NCBI RefSeq assembly: GCF_964213995.1 | Contig: NC_135804.1 | Location: 89,280,001 to 89,344,000 of the forward strand | From: Mustelus asterias | Taxonomy: Eukaryota | Reading direction: 5' to 3' | DNA length: 64,000 nucleotides | Shown here: positions 47,871 to 60,604 of the stretch, in pieces | How the letters are laid out: every line of letters begins with the position of its first letter | How positions within the stretch are numbered: position 1 is the stretch's first letter | Position numbers and translations under genes: made by a program | Notes under the pieces: model-generated | Told to the model about the DNA's origin: nothing | Database searches by the model: none | The model's input: only the letters and a program-made list of their open reading frames with translations

Positions 47871-49200
47871 AAATGTCTGAAGTGGGGGAAGGCCTATTTC
47901 AATATCATTAGACAAGATCTGGTAAACAGAGCAGCTACTTGCAGGTAATCTACATTTGGAAAGTGGGAGCCTTTTAAAGGTAAAATAGTGAGAGTTCAGG
48001 GCCAACATGTTCCTCTAAGAGCGAAGGGCAAGGGTGGCAAATCCAGGGAAACCTGGATGTCAAGGAATATTGAGGATCTGATAAGAAAGGAAGCATATGG
48101 TAGGAATAGAACACTAAAACTGGGGGATGCCCTTCAGGAGCAGAGAGAGTGTAGGGGGAGTGCTTAAAAATAAATCAGGAGGACTTAGAGGGGGCCACAA
48201 GATATTATTGGCAGATAAGAGTAAGGAAATCCCCAAGGAATTTTATAAGTGTATTAAGAGCAAGAGGACAAACAGGAGAAGAATGAGGCCCATTAGAGAC
48301 CAAAGACGCAATCTATGCATGGAGGCAGAGGAGGTGGACGAAATCTTAAATGAATATTTTTCATCTGTATTCACTAAGGAGAAAGACGTTGTAGTTGGAG
48401 ATTTCAGTTGGGACGGTGAAGTTCTGGAGCATTTTAAGATTAATAAGGAGGAGCTATTAGATGTTTTGGCAGACATAAAGGTGCATAAATCCCCAGGGCC
48501 TGATGAGATGTATCCCAGGCTACTATGGGAGGCAAGAGAGGAGATTGCAGGGACCTTGAAAGAGATATTTAAATCTTCGCTGGCCACAGGTGAAGTGCTA
48601 GATGACTGAAGGATGGCTAATGTGGTTTAATCAAGAAGGGTAGCAGAATAAGCCAGGTAATTACAGGCCAGTTAGTCTAATGTCAGTGACAGGGAAATTA
48701 ATGGAAAAATTCTGAGGGACATGATTAATCAACACTTAGAAAGGCAGGGATTCATCAGAGATAATCAGCATGGATTTGCTCCTCTCTAATTGAGTTTTGG
48801 TAAGTAAATATATTGATGAGGGTAGCGCAGTTGATGTGGTTTACATGGACTTCAGTAAGGCCTTTGACCAAGTCCCATATGGAAGGCTGGTCCAAAAGTT
48901 TAGAGCCCAAGGAATCCAAGGCAAGTTGGCAAATTGGATCCAAAGTTGGCTTGTTAGTAGGAGGCAAAGGGTGATGGTGGAGGGCTGCTTTCATGATTGA
49001 AAGCGTGTGACCAGCGGTGTACCACAGGGATTGGTGCTGGGACCCTTGCAGTTTGTTATATACATGAACAAATTAGATGTGAATGTAGAAGGTATAATGG
49101 GTAAGTTTGCAGATGACACACAAATTGGTGATGTTGTTGATAGTGAGGAGGATAGTCTCAGACTACAGACTGATATTGATCAGCTGGCAAGTTGGGCAGA

Positions 49201-49261
49201 TGTGGAGATGCCGGCGTTGGACTGGGGTAAATACAGTAAGAGTTTTAACAACACCAGGTTA
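49201..49261 (-). mobile_element. 61-nt Penelope 3'-end insertion with 12-bp TSD inside a CR1
   Basis: tgtggagatgccggcgttggactgggg...caccaggtta flanked by AAGTTGGGCAGA at 49189-49200 and 49262-49273. Confidence 0.85.
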
Positions 49262-50063
49262 AAGTTGGGCAGAGCCATGGCAGGTGGAATTTAACCCTGA
49301 TAAGTGTGAAGTAATGCATTTTGGGAGGATATACACAATGTACGGTAGGTTCCTAGGGAGCATTGAGGAACAAAGGGACTTTGGTGTACAAGTCTATAGA
49401 TCCCTGAAGGTGTTAGCACAGGTCGATAGTGTGGTGAAGAAAGCAAATTAAATGCTTGCCTTATTAGCTGATACATGGAATATAGGAGCAGGGAGGTCTT
49501 ATTACAACTTTATCAAACATTGGTTATACCACAGATGGAGTACTGTGTGCAGTTCTGGTCGCCACACTATTGGAAAGATGTGATTCCACTGGAGACTGTG
49601 CAGGGGAAATTCACCAGAATGTTGCCCGGGATGAAGAGTTTCAGCTATGAGCAGAGGCTGGATAGGCTGAGTTTGTTTTCCCTGGAGCAGAGGAGGCTGA
49701 GGGGGAATCTGATGGAGGTGTACAAAATTATGAGAGGCATAAATAGGATAGAGCGTAAGAATATTTTTCTCGTGGCAGAGGTGTCTGAGACCAGAGGGCA
49801 TAGGTTTAAGGCGAGGAGTAAGTGGTTTAGAGGGGATCTGAGGAAATATTTTTTCACCCAGAGGGTGGTGGAAATGTGGAACGCACTGCCTGAGAGGATA
49901 GTCGGGTAAGGTACTCTGGCAACTTTTAAGAAGCATTTGGACAAGGACTTAAATCGCCAAGGCATAGTAGGCTCTGTCCAAATGCTGGTAAATGGGATTA
50001 GTATAGATTGGTATTTGATGGTCAGCATAGACAGAGTGGGCCGAAAGGCCTGTTTCTGTGCTG

Positions 50064-51585
50064 ATTTTTTTTTGATTTGATTTATTATTGTCACATGTAT
50101 TAACATACAGTGAAAAGTATTGTTTCTTGTGCACTATACAGACAAAACATATCGTTCATACAGAAGGAAAGGAGAGAGTGCAGAGTGTATTGTTACAGTC
50201 ATAGCTAGGGTGTAGAGAAAGATCAACTTAATGCAAGGTAAGTCCATGCAAAAGTCTGACAGCAGCAGAGAAGAAGCTGTTCTTGAGTCGGTCGGTACAT
50301 GACCTCAGAATTTGTATTTTTTTCCCGAAGGAAGAAGGTGGAAGAGAGAATATCCGGGGTGCGTGGGGTCCTTAATTATGCTGGCTACTTTGCCGAGGCA
50401 GCGGGAAGTGAAGACAGTCAATGGATGGAAGGCTGGTTTGCGTGATGGATTGGGCTACATTCACGACCTTTTGTAGTTCCTCGCAGTCTTGGGCAGAGCA
50501 GGAGCCATACCAAGCTGTGATACAACCAGAAAGAATGCTTTCTATGGTGCATCTTTAAAAGTTGGTGAGAGTCATAGCTGACATGCCAAATTTCCTTAGT
50601 CTTCTGAGAAAGTAGAGGCATTGGTGGGCTTTCTTAACTATAGTGTCAGCATGGGGGGGATCAGGACAGGTTGTTCGTGATCTGGACACCTAAAAACCTG
50701 AAGCTCTCGACCCTTTCTATTTCGTCCCCATTGATGTAGACAGGGGCATGTTCTCCTTTATGCTTCCTGAAGTCGATGACAACCTCCTTCGTTTTGTTGA
50801 CATTGAGGGACAGATTATTGTTGCCGCACCAGTTCACCAGATTCTCTATCTCATTCCTGTACTCTGTCCTGTCATTGTTTGAGGTCTGACCCACTACGGT
50901 GGTGTCGTCAACAAATTTGAAAATCGAATTGGCGGGGAATTTGGCTGCACAGTCATAGGTGTATAAGGAGTATAGTAGGGGGCTGAGAACACAGTCTTGT
51001 GGAGCACCAGTGTTGAGGATGATCATGGAGGAGGTGTTGTTGCCTATCCTTACTGATTGTGGTCTGTGAGTTCGGAAGTTCAGGATCCAGTCGCAGAGGG
51101 AGGTGCCGAGGCCCAGGCCATGGAGTTTGGAGATGAGTTTCGTGGGAATAATGGTGTTGAAGGCTGAGCTGTAGTCAATAAATAGGAGTCTGACATAGGT
51201 GTCCTTGATATCTAGGTGTTTCAGGGTTGAGTGCAGAGCCAGGGAAATGGTGTCTGCTGTGGACCAGTTGCGGCAGTAGGCAAACCGTAGCAGATCCAGG
51301 TAGTCCAGGAGGCTGGAATTGATTCGTGCCATGACTAACCTTTCGAAGCACTTCATAATGATGGATGTCAGAGCCACCGACCGATAGTCATTAAGGCACG
51401 CTGCTTGATTTTGCTTAGGTACCGCGGTGATGGTCGTCTCCTTGAAGCAGATAGGGACCTCAGATTGTTGTAAAGAGAGGTTGAAGATGTCTGTGAATAC
51501 CCCCACCAGCTGATCCACGCAGGATCCGAGTGCTCGTCCGGGTACCCCATCCGGGCCAGTCGTTTTCCGTGGGTTGACCTTCATG
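50064..51585 (-). mobile_element. Rex1/Babar-type non-LTR retrotransposon fragment
   Basis: [64 protein letters not shown]; (aaatc)n tail. Confidence 0.88.
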
Positions 51586-51712
51586 ACTATATGGGGTTAA
51601 TTGCACGACTCGATCCCCACATTCATTTCTGGCCTGATCAATTTTTCATCCTTTGTATCCTCCTCATTGCTTACCTTCCCACCTAGCTTTGTATCATCAA
51701 CAAATTTGGAGA

Positions 51713-54690
51713 TAGAACAAAGAACAATGCAGCACAGGAACAGGCCCTTCGGCCCTCCAAGCCTGTGCCGCTCACGTGCCCACTAGACCATTCTTTTGTA
51801 TCCCTCTATTCCCAGTCTGTTCATGTGGCTATCTAGATAAGTCTTAAACGATTCCAGTGTGTCCACCTCAATCACCTTGCTTGGCAGTGCATTCCAGGCC
51901 TCCACCACCCTCTGTGTAAAATACGTCCCCCTGACATCTGTGTTGAACCTTGCCCCCCTCACCTTGAACCCGTGACCCCTTGTGTTTGTCACCTCCGACC
52001 TGGGAAAAAGCTTCCCACTGTTCACTCTATCTATGCCCTTCATAATTTTATACACCTCTATTAGGTCGCCCCTCATCCTCCGTCTTTCCAGGGAGAACAA
52101 CCCCAGTTTACCCAATCTCTCCTCATAGCTAAGACCCTCCATACCAGGCAACATCCTGGTAAACCTTCTCTGTACTCTCTCCAAAGCCTCCACATCCTTC
52201 TGGTAGTGTGGCGACCAGAACTGGATGCAGTATTCCAAATGTGGCCTAACCATCGTTCTATACAGCTGCAACATCATATGCCAACTTTTATATTCGACGC
52301 CCCGTCCAATAAAGGCAAGCATGCCATATGCCTTCTTCACCACCCTCTCCACCTGTGCTGCCACCTTTAAGGATCTGTGGACTCGTACACCCAGGTCCCT
52401 CTGTGTGTCTATACTCCTGATGGTTCTGTCATTTATTGTATAGCTCCCCCTTACATTAGATCTACCGAAATGCATTACTTCGCATTTATCTGGATTAAAT
52501 TCCATCTGCCATTTCTCCGCCCAATGTTCCAGCCTATCTATATCCTGCTGTATTCTCTGACAATGTTCATCATTATCCTCAACTCCAGCAATCTTCGTGT
52601 CTTCCGCAAACTTACTGATCACACCAGTTACATCTTCCTCCAAATCATTTATATATATCACAAACAGCAGAGGTCCCAGAGCCCTGCAGAACACCACTAG
52701 TCACAGACCTCCAACCGGAAAAAGACCCCTCCACTGCTACCCTCTGTCTTCTATGGCTAAGCCAGTTCTCCACCCATCTAGCTAGCTCACCTTTTATCCC
52801 GTGAGATTTAACCTTTTGCACCAGCCTGCCATGAGGGACATTGTCAAACGCTTTACTAAAATCCATATAGACGACATCCACGGCCCTTCCCTTGTCAATC
52901 GTTTTTGTCACCTCCTCAAAAAACTCAACCAAATTTGTGAGGCGTGACCTCCCTCGTACAAAACCATGCTGTCTATCGCTAATGAGATTATTCAGTTCTA
53001 AATGCGCATATAACCTACCTCTAAGAATCTTCTCCAACAACTTCCCTACCACAGACGTCAAGGTCACCGACCTATAGTTACCCAGGTTATCCTTGCTACC
53101 CTTCTTAAATAACGGGACCACATTTGCTATCCTCCAATCCTCTGGGACCTCACGTGTGTCCAGTGAAGAGACAAAGATTTCTGTTAGAGGCCCAGCAATT
53201 GCATCTCTCGCCTCCGTGAGGAGTCTAGGATAGATGCCATCTGGCCCTGGGGATTTGTCTGTCTTAATGTTTCCTAAAAAACCTAACACTTCCTCCCTTG
53301 TAATTGAGATTTTTTCTAGCGGGTCAACACATCTCTCTGAGACACTACCAGTCAACATGTCCCTCTCCTTTGTGAATACTGATGCAAAGTATTCGTTTAG
53401 GATCTCACCTACTTCCTTTGGTTCTAAGCATAATTCCCCTCCTTTGTCCCTGAGAGGTCCGATGCTTTCCCTAACAACCCTCTTGTTCCTAACGTATGTA
53501 TAAAATGCCTTAGGATTCTCCTTAATCCTGTCTGCCAAGGACATTTCGTGACCCCTTTTTGCCCTTCTAAGTCCCTGTTTGAGTTATTTTCTACTTTCTC
53601 TGTACTCCTCCAGTGCTCCATCTGTTTTTAGCTGCCTGGACCTCATGTATGCCTCTTTTTTCTTTTTGATTAGACCCACAATTTCACTGGTTATCCACGG
53701 CTCTCGAATCCTACCTTTCCTATCCTTCCTCTTTACAGGCACATGCCTGAACTGCAGTCCTATCAACTGCTCCTTAAAAGACTCCCACATGCCAGATGTG
53801 GATTTACCCTCCCAATCAACAGCCACCAAATCCTGCCTAATCCGGCTGTAGTTAGCCTTCCCTCAATTCAGCACCTTACCCATAGGACAACACTCATCTT
53901 TTTCCATTACTAAAGTTTACAGAATTGTGGTCACTATTTGCCACATGTTCCCCTACTGAAACTTTGATGACCTGACCGGGCTCATTCCCCAGTACTAGGT
54001 CCAGTATAGCCCCCTCTCTAGTTGGACTGTCAACATATTGTTCCAAAGAACCTTCCTGTACGCATTTTATAAATTCTTCCCCGTCCAGGCCCCCGGCCCT
54101 AAGCGATTTCCAGTCTATGTGAGGGAAATTAAAATCTCCCACTACAACAACCCTATTTTTTCTGCACCTGTCCAGAATCTCCTTACATATCCGTTCCTCA
54201 ACTTCCTGTGGGCTGTTGGGAGGCCTGTATACCCCCAGCATAGTGACTGCGCCCTTCCTGTTTCTGAGCTCCACCCACAGTGACTCGTTACCTGACCCTT
54301 CCATATTGTCCACCCTCTGTACCACTGTAATATGCTCCCTAACCAGCATTGCTACTCCCCCACCTCTCCTCACCCCTCCTCTGTCTCGCCTAAAACACTT
54401 ATACCCCGGAATATTCAGCTGCCAGTCCTGTCCTTCTTTTAACCAAGTCTCCGTCACTGCAACCACATCCAAGTTCCGTGCAAGCATTAAGGCTCTAAGC
54501 TCGTCTGTCTTGCCCGTGACGCTCCTTGCATTGAAGTAGATGCACTCCAGACCTCCAGGCCCACTGAGGTCATCCTCCCCCAGAATGCCCTTCCTCTTAG
54601 ATAGCCTTGTCTTGGCCCCAACCTCGTCCCCAGCCTCTATGCTTATTGACCTATTGTTCTGATCCCCACCCCCCTGCCACATTAATTTAA
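51713..54690 (-). mobile_element. CR1 LINE, full-length ORF2 with few frameshifts
   Basis: ORFs 53894-54682 (APE), 53584-53829, 52645-53544 and 51783-52697 (RT). Confidence 0.96.
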
Positions 54691-55392
54691 ACTAAGATGT
54701 TACAATTGGTACCTTCATCTAAGCCATTGCCTTCCCAGACTGTCCACTCCATGATCATTTCATCCATTGTCCAAAACCACAAGATCTAAACTGTCTATTA
54801 ACCTCCCCTCTGGTGAATATTGTCAATTTTCAGTTGGACACAACACACTCTGAATAATCAGTCTGATTTCCAGCTGCCAGTGTGTCTGCTCCTCCTGACT
54901 GGAGACAAATGGTTCAAAATGACTTGCAAAAGAACAGAGACATGCTAAATGATAAAGTAATTAAACAGTAGCTAACAATGAACAAACATTATTAGCTGGA
55001 AGTTATACAAGGATTACGATTTAATCAACTTATATGTGTTTAATCACTTTCCACGTGACAGCAAGTAATTCATTCGCACATTACCGAAAATTTGTTCATT
55101 CCTTTTCCATACCTGATTTAGAATAGTTGCTTCTCATCTTACAGGAAACATTTTCCAGAATGATTCTTTAACAAGTAACTCATGACAAATATTATCAGAG
55201 AGCTGTGCAGTTATTCTATCATAGTTGACAAGGAATAAATTAAAAACTGTAATCATGACATTTGTTGAATTGGACTAAGTTGAGATGGTTGCTCTCTTGC
55301 CCCAGGCATTATGTCACAGAGTTACTGTCAGGTTCTCTCCCATAACACCAATGTATTTATTTTCCAAGAACTAAATTGTTGAGAATGCCGAC

Positions 55393-55650
55393 AGTGCAGA
55401 AAGAGGCTATTTGGCCCATCCAGCCTGCACTGACAACCAACCCACCCAGGCCCTATCCCCATAATCCCATGTATTTACCCTACTAATCCCCCTGACACTA
55501 AAGGACAAATTAGCATGGCCAATCAACCTAACCCCCGCATCTTTGGAGTGTGGGAGGAAATCGAAGCACCCGAAGGAAATCCAAGCAGACACGAGGAGAA
55601 CGTGCAAACTCCACGCTGATAGTCACCCGAATTGTACCCGGGTCCCTGAG
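55393..55650 (-). mobile_element. V-SINE with CR1-type tail (HE1-like)
   Basis: As 45468-45771, truncated. Confidence 0.85.
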
Positions 55651-56294
55651 GAATGAATCAGAGAAAGAACTATGGCTCAAGTCAGTGGTTCCAGGTTTGC
55701 CTTCCTCTCGCGTTGACAGACTCTGAAACACTATTCCCTCGGTCCCAAGTCAACCTTTCCCCCACCCGGCTATACCCTTGGATTCCTCCCATCTCGAATA
55801 ATGCCAGATCCCTGGACTCTCTATCTGCCACATCCTGGCCAAACACTGCCACTTCTCCCAAGCATCCCACCCCCATCATTGATCAGTTCTGTCGCATCAC
55901 TTGGGTTTCAACATGGTGCTCCAAAAACCCCGAACCACCCCTTAGTTTTGCCAGTCCCAAAGACATGTTCCTGGTGTGATGCTGAATTCCAGGCACCAAC
56001 TTGCAGCAACCTCCCTCTATCCTGCAGTGTATCTTAACTTAGTGAGAGACCAAAGTAAACATAATAATAGCATTCAAGGAAACTGATTTGCAGTTTAAAC
56101 AAAAAATAGACAGAAAAGAAAATCAATCATCTAAACATCAGCAAAAATCCCAGGACACCATTAAATGAAAATGCAATTTGACCTATTCAATCACTAAAAT
56201 TGTGGTGGTGAAAATATATTACGCATCACATTGAATAACAGAGCTTCGAATGGCAATTGATAGATAATATTCATGCTACATAGATGCCAGGTAA

Positions 56295-58932
56295 TGGACA
56301 CTGGGGAGGTGCCACCTGATTGGAAAACAGCTAATGTAACGCCACTGTTTAAAAAAGGAGGTAGACAAAAGGCAGGTAACTACAGGCCGGTTAGCTTAAC
56401 ATCCGTAGTTGGGAAAATGCTGGAATCTATCATTAAGGAAGAAATAGCAGGACACCTGGAAAAGAATGGTTCAATCAAGCAGACGCAGCATGGATTCATG
56501 AAGGGAAAGTCATGTTTGACTAATTTACTGGAATTATTTGAGGATATAACGAGTGCAGTTGACAGAGGGGAACCGGTGGATGTGCTGTATTTAGATTTCC
56601 AGAAGGCATTCGATAAGGTGCATCACAAAAGGTTGCTGCATAAGATAAAGGTACACAGAGTTGGGGGTAAAGTGTTAGCGTGGATTGAGGATTGGCTATC
56701 TAACAGAAAGCAGAGAGTCGGAATAAATGGGTGCTTTTCAGGTTGGCAATCAGTGACTAGTGGCGTGCCGCAGGGATCGGTGCTGGGGCCTCAACTATTT
56801 ACCATATACATAGGCGATCTGGAGGAGGGGACCGAGTGTAGGGTAACAAAGTTTGCGGATGACACAAAGATGAGTGGGAAAGCAAATTGCGTGGAGGACA
56901 CAGAGTGAAGAAGATTAGGGCACACGGAGTTGGGGGTAGTGTGTTAAAGTGGATTGGGGGCTGGCTATCCGACAGGAAGCAAAGAGTCGGAATAAATGGG
57001 TGTTTTTCCGGTTGGAGGAAGGTAACTAGTGGCGTGCCGCAGGGATCGGTACTCGGGCCGCAACTGTTTACCATTTATATAGATGATCTGGAGGAGGGGA
57101 CGGAGTGTAGGGTAACGAAGTTTGCAGACGACACAAAGATAAGTGGAAAAGTGAATCGTGTGGAGGACGGAGAAGATCTGCAGAGAGATTTGGACAGGCT
57201 GAGTGAGTGGGCGAGGATATGGCAAATGGAGTATAACGTTGAGAAATGCGAGGTTATACACTTTGGAGGAAATAATAACAAATGGGATTACTATCTCAAT
57301 GGAAACAAATTAAAACATGCTACCGTGCAAAGGGACCTGGGGGTCCTTGTGCATGAGACGCAAAAGCCCAGTCTGCAGGTACAACAGGTGATCAAGAAGG
57401 CAAATGGGATGTTGGCCTATATTGCGAAGGGGATAGAATATAAAAGCAGGGATGTCTTGATGCACCTGTACAGGGCATTGGTGAGGCCGCAGCTGGAATA
57501 CTGTGTGCAGTATTGGTCCCCTTATATGAGGAAGGATATATTGGCATTGGAGGGAGTGCAGAGAAGGTTCACCAGGTTGATACCGGAGATGAGGGGTTTG
57601 GATTATGAGGAGAGGCTGAGGAGATTGGGTTTGTACTCGTTGGAGTTTAGAAGGATGAGGGGGGATCTTATGGAGACTTATAAGATAATGCGGGGGCTGG
57701 ATAGGGTGGAGGCGGAGAGATTCTTTCCACTTAGTAAGGAAGTTAAAACTAGAGGACACAGCCTCAAAATAAAGGGGGGTCGGTTTAAGACAGAGTTGAG
57801 GAGGAACTTCTTCTCCCAGAGGGTGGTGAATCTCTGGAATTCTCTGCCCACTGAGGTGGTGGAGGCTACCTCGCTGAATATGTTTAAAGCGCGGATGGAT
57901 GGATTCCTGATCGGTAAGGGAATTAAGGGTTATGGGGATCAGGCGGGTAAGTGGTACTGATCCACGTCAGATCAGCCATGATCTTATTGAATGGCGGGGC
58001 AGGCTCGAGGGGCTAGATGGCCTACTCCTGCTCCTATTTCTTATGTTCTTATGTTCTTATGTCTGCAGAGAGATTTGGATAGGCTAAGTGAGTGGGCAAG
58101 GATCTGGCAGATGGAGTATAATGTTGGTAAGTGTGAGGTTATCCACTTTGGAAGGAATAATAGTCAAATGGACTATTATTTAAATGGTGAAAAATTACAA
58201 CATGCTACTGTGCAGAGGGACCTGGGGGTCCTTGTGCATGAATCACAAAAACTCAGTTTGCAGGTGCAGCAGGTAATCAAGAAGGGAAATGGAATGTTGG
58301 CCTTTATCGTGAGAGAGATGGAGTATAAAAGCAGGGAGGTCATGCTGCAACTGTACAGGGTACTGGTGAGGCCGCACCTAGAGTACTGTGTACAATTTTG
58401 GTCCCCTTATTTAAGAAAGGATATATTAGCTTTGGAGGGATTACAGAGAAGGTTCACCACATTGATTCCGGAGATGAGGGGGTTAGCTTATGAGGAGAGA
58501 TTGAGTAGACTGGGCCTGTATTCATTGGAGTTTAGAAGGTTGAGGGGAGATCTTATAGAGACATATAAGATAATGAAGGGGCTAGACAGGGTAGAAGCAG
58601 CGAGGTTATTTCCACTTACAATGGAAACAAGAACTAGGGGGCATAGCCTCAAAATATGGGGGAGTCAATTTAGAACAGAGTTGAGGAGGAACTTCTTCGC
58701 CCAGAGGGTAGTGAATCTTTGGAATTCTCTGCCCAATGAAGCAGTAGAGGCTACCTCGTTAAATGTGTTTAAGTCACAGATAGATTTTTAACTATTAAGG
58801 GAATTAAGGGTTATGGGGAGCGGGCGGGTAAGTGGAACTGAACCCACTACCAGATCAGCCATGATCTTATTGAATGGCGGAGCAGGCTTGAGGGGCTAGA
58901 TGGCCTACTCCTGCTCCTATTTCTTATGTTCT
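56295..58932 (+). mobile_element. CR1 LINE RT region (host of a nested CR1)
   Basis: ORFs 56273-56908 and 58061-58791 join as ...CVEDTE/(S)LQRDLDRL... Confidence 0.93.
56907..58060 (+). mobile_element. Young CR1 nested in a closely related CR1
   Basis: Uninterrupted RT C-terminal ORF to 57960, with its own 3' UTR and (ttatgttc)n tail ending at 58060. Confidence 0.93.
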
Positions 58933-60308
58933 TAATCTCCAAGAAGAAAAGGCCAAACCATTTTCTCTCAATCTTCAATGGTGTTATCATCAATGATGCC
59001 CCTGTTATCAATATCCTGAGGTACTGGGGGTTGGAGGAGTTGGTGGTGCCTCCTAACATTCCCTGCATAACTATTCTGCTAAGACAGTCAGAACCTTCAA
59101 AAGTCTCTGATCCAAATTGAAGTCTCGGAGGGTTCCAGACGCAGGGTAATTGCCCATTGGAAGTTTAAACTTCCTGGGGGATTCCTGTACAGTCCTAGGA
59201 AGGGAACTTCTGGGGGGCTCCCCCAGTGCATCGGGTACCTCGGGCATACAGCCCTCCAGGGGATGGAAGGTCAAGGCCCTGGTTTCAGCAATAATTCCAC
59301 CTGTTCTGCTGACAATTTCAATATCTGAACTTAATCCAAAATTCAGAAACTGAGCTAAGAAAAGGATTGTGAATTAAATCAGATTAGCAACACATCCGCG
59401 GGATTAAATGGATTCAGTAACATTAAGATTCAAGTGATCATTTTGTGCAGAAATTGTCAAGTTGCTTGTAAAGCGTTACTTGGATAATGTCAAGCCTTCT
59501 TGATTTGAAACTCTGTGGTAGCACCAAAGTAAGCAAGATTCAACATCGCACAGTCAACAAGCATCACAACACATATTGTAAAATTTTGCATCTTTACTCA
59601 GTGCCATCCGTTTCACTGTGCTTTTGGAGTTTCATTGTGGAAAGGTCAAAGTCTCTCAACAATTGGATAAATAAATGCACGCATTTGATTAACCCATGTC
59701 GAGACCTAAATTCACTTTATTCTGCGACTTGTTTTATCTCCTCCGCTTTTGAATGCAACTCACAATTTTCTTCAAAAAATTCAGAATAAAATAAGGATTT
59801 CATTCACAGAAATTGCATTAAAAATCACAAGAGCTATGTCCCTGCATCTTCACCATAAATGTCAGAAAATCGACTTTTGATTTGGATACTTTAATCGGTC
59901 TGCATTCCAACTGGTCGAATTTTTTTATGTCTGCTACAGTCAGGCAATGTAGTGCATTTGAACATAAACCAATGGAAATATTCCCTTATGTTTGAAAATG
60001 ATGGGAGCCTATATTGTACATATTTTAATTTCTAATCTTTTTCAATGTAATTTGGCAGGAAAATCTGCTCTGTATTTATACCCATCTGTTTTTCAACTTT
60101 ATACTCTTCAGAGAAAACATCAAAGCACAATGTGAAAAGAGGTGAACAGCCAAAATGTGGCTTTCAAATGGGAATTGGATAAGCACTGGAAGATAAATAA
60201 TTTGGTGGTCTACAGGGAAAGGATGGCAAGGGTGTGGGGAGGCGGGGGGTTGGGGGGGGGGGGTGGCGGGCGAGTCAGCTGAGTTTCTTGCAGAGAACTG
60301 GCATTGCC

Positions 60309-60604
60309 GGCACGGTGGCACAATGCTTAGCAGTGCTGCCTCACAGTGCCAGGGACCCAGGTTTGACTCCTGACTTGATTCACTGTCTACGCAGAGTTTG
60401 TACGTTCTCCCCATGTTTGCGTGGGTTTCCTCCAGGTGCTCCAGTTTCCTCCCACAGTCCAAAAGATGTGCTGGTTAGATGCATTGGCCATGCTAAATTC
60501 TCCCTCAGTGTACCCGAACAGGCGCCGGAGTGTGGCGACTAGGGGATTTTCACTAACTTCATTGCAGTGTTAATGTAAGCCTACTTGTTACACTAATAAA
60601 TAAA
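60309..60604 (+). mobile_element. V-SINE, same subfamily as 13947
   Basis: Same head, core and tail. Confidence 0.9.

Larger units (their letters stand above)
46040..50063 (+). mobile_element. Degenerate CR1 LINE (APE + RT) with nested MITE and Penelope insertions
   Basis: NCIYFNARS, KSPGPDEMYPRLL, DFSKAFD, KFADDT, FFTQRVV. Confidence 0.92.

Noticed and set aside
38914-47872. Long Pro/Gly-rich ORFs (38914-39659, 43105-43904, 46960-47872)
   Set aside because: They lie inside multi-copy GC-rich MITEs, show no protein motifs, and their frames differ between copies.
56273-58791. Apparent tandem RT gene duplication or active LINE
   Set aside because: Nested 5'-truncated CR1 copies lacking endonuclease and ORF1.
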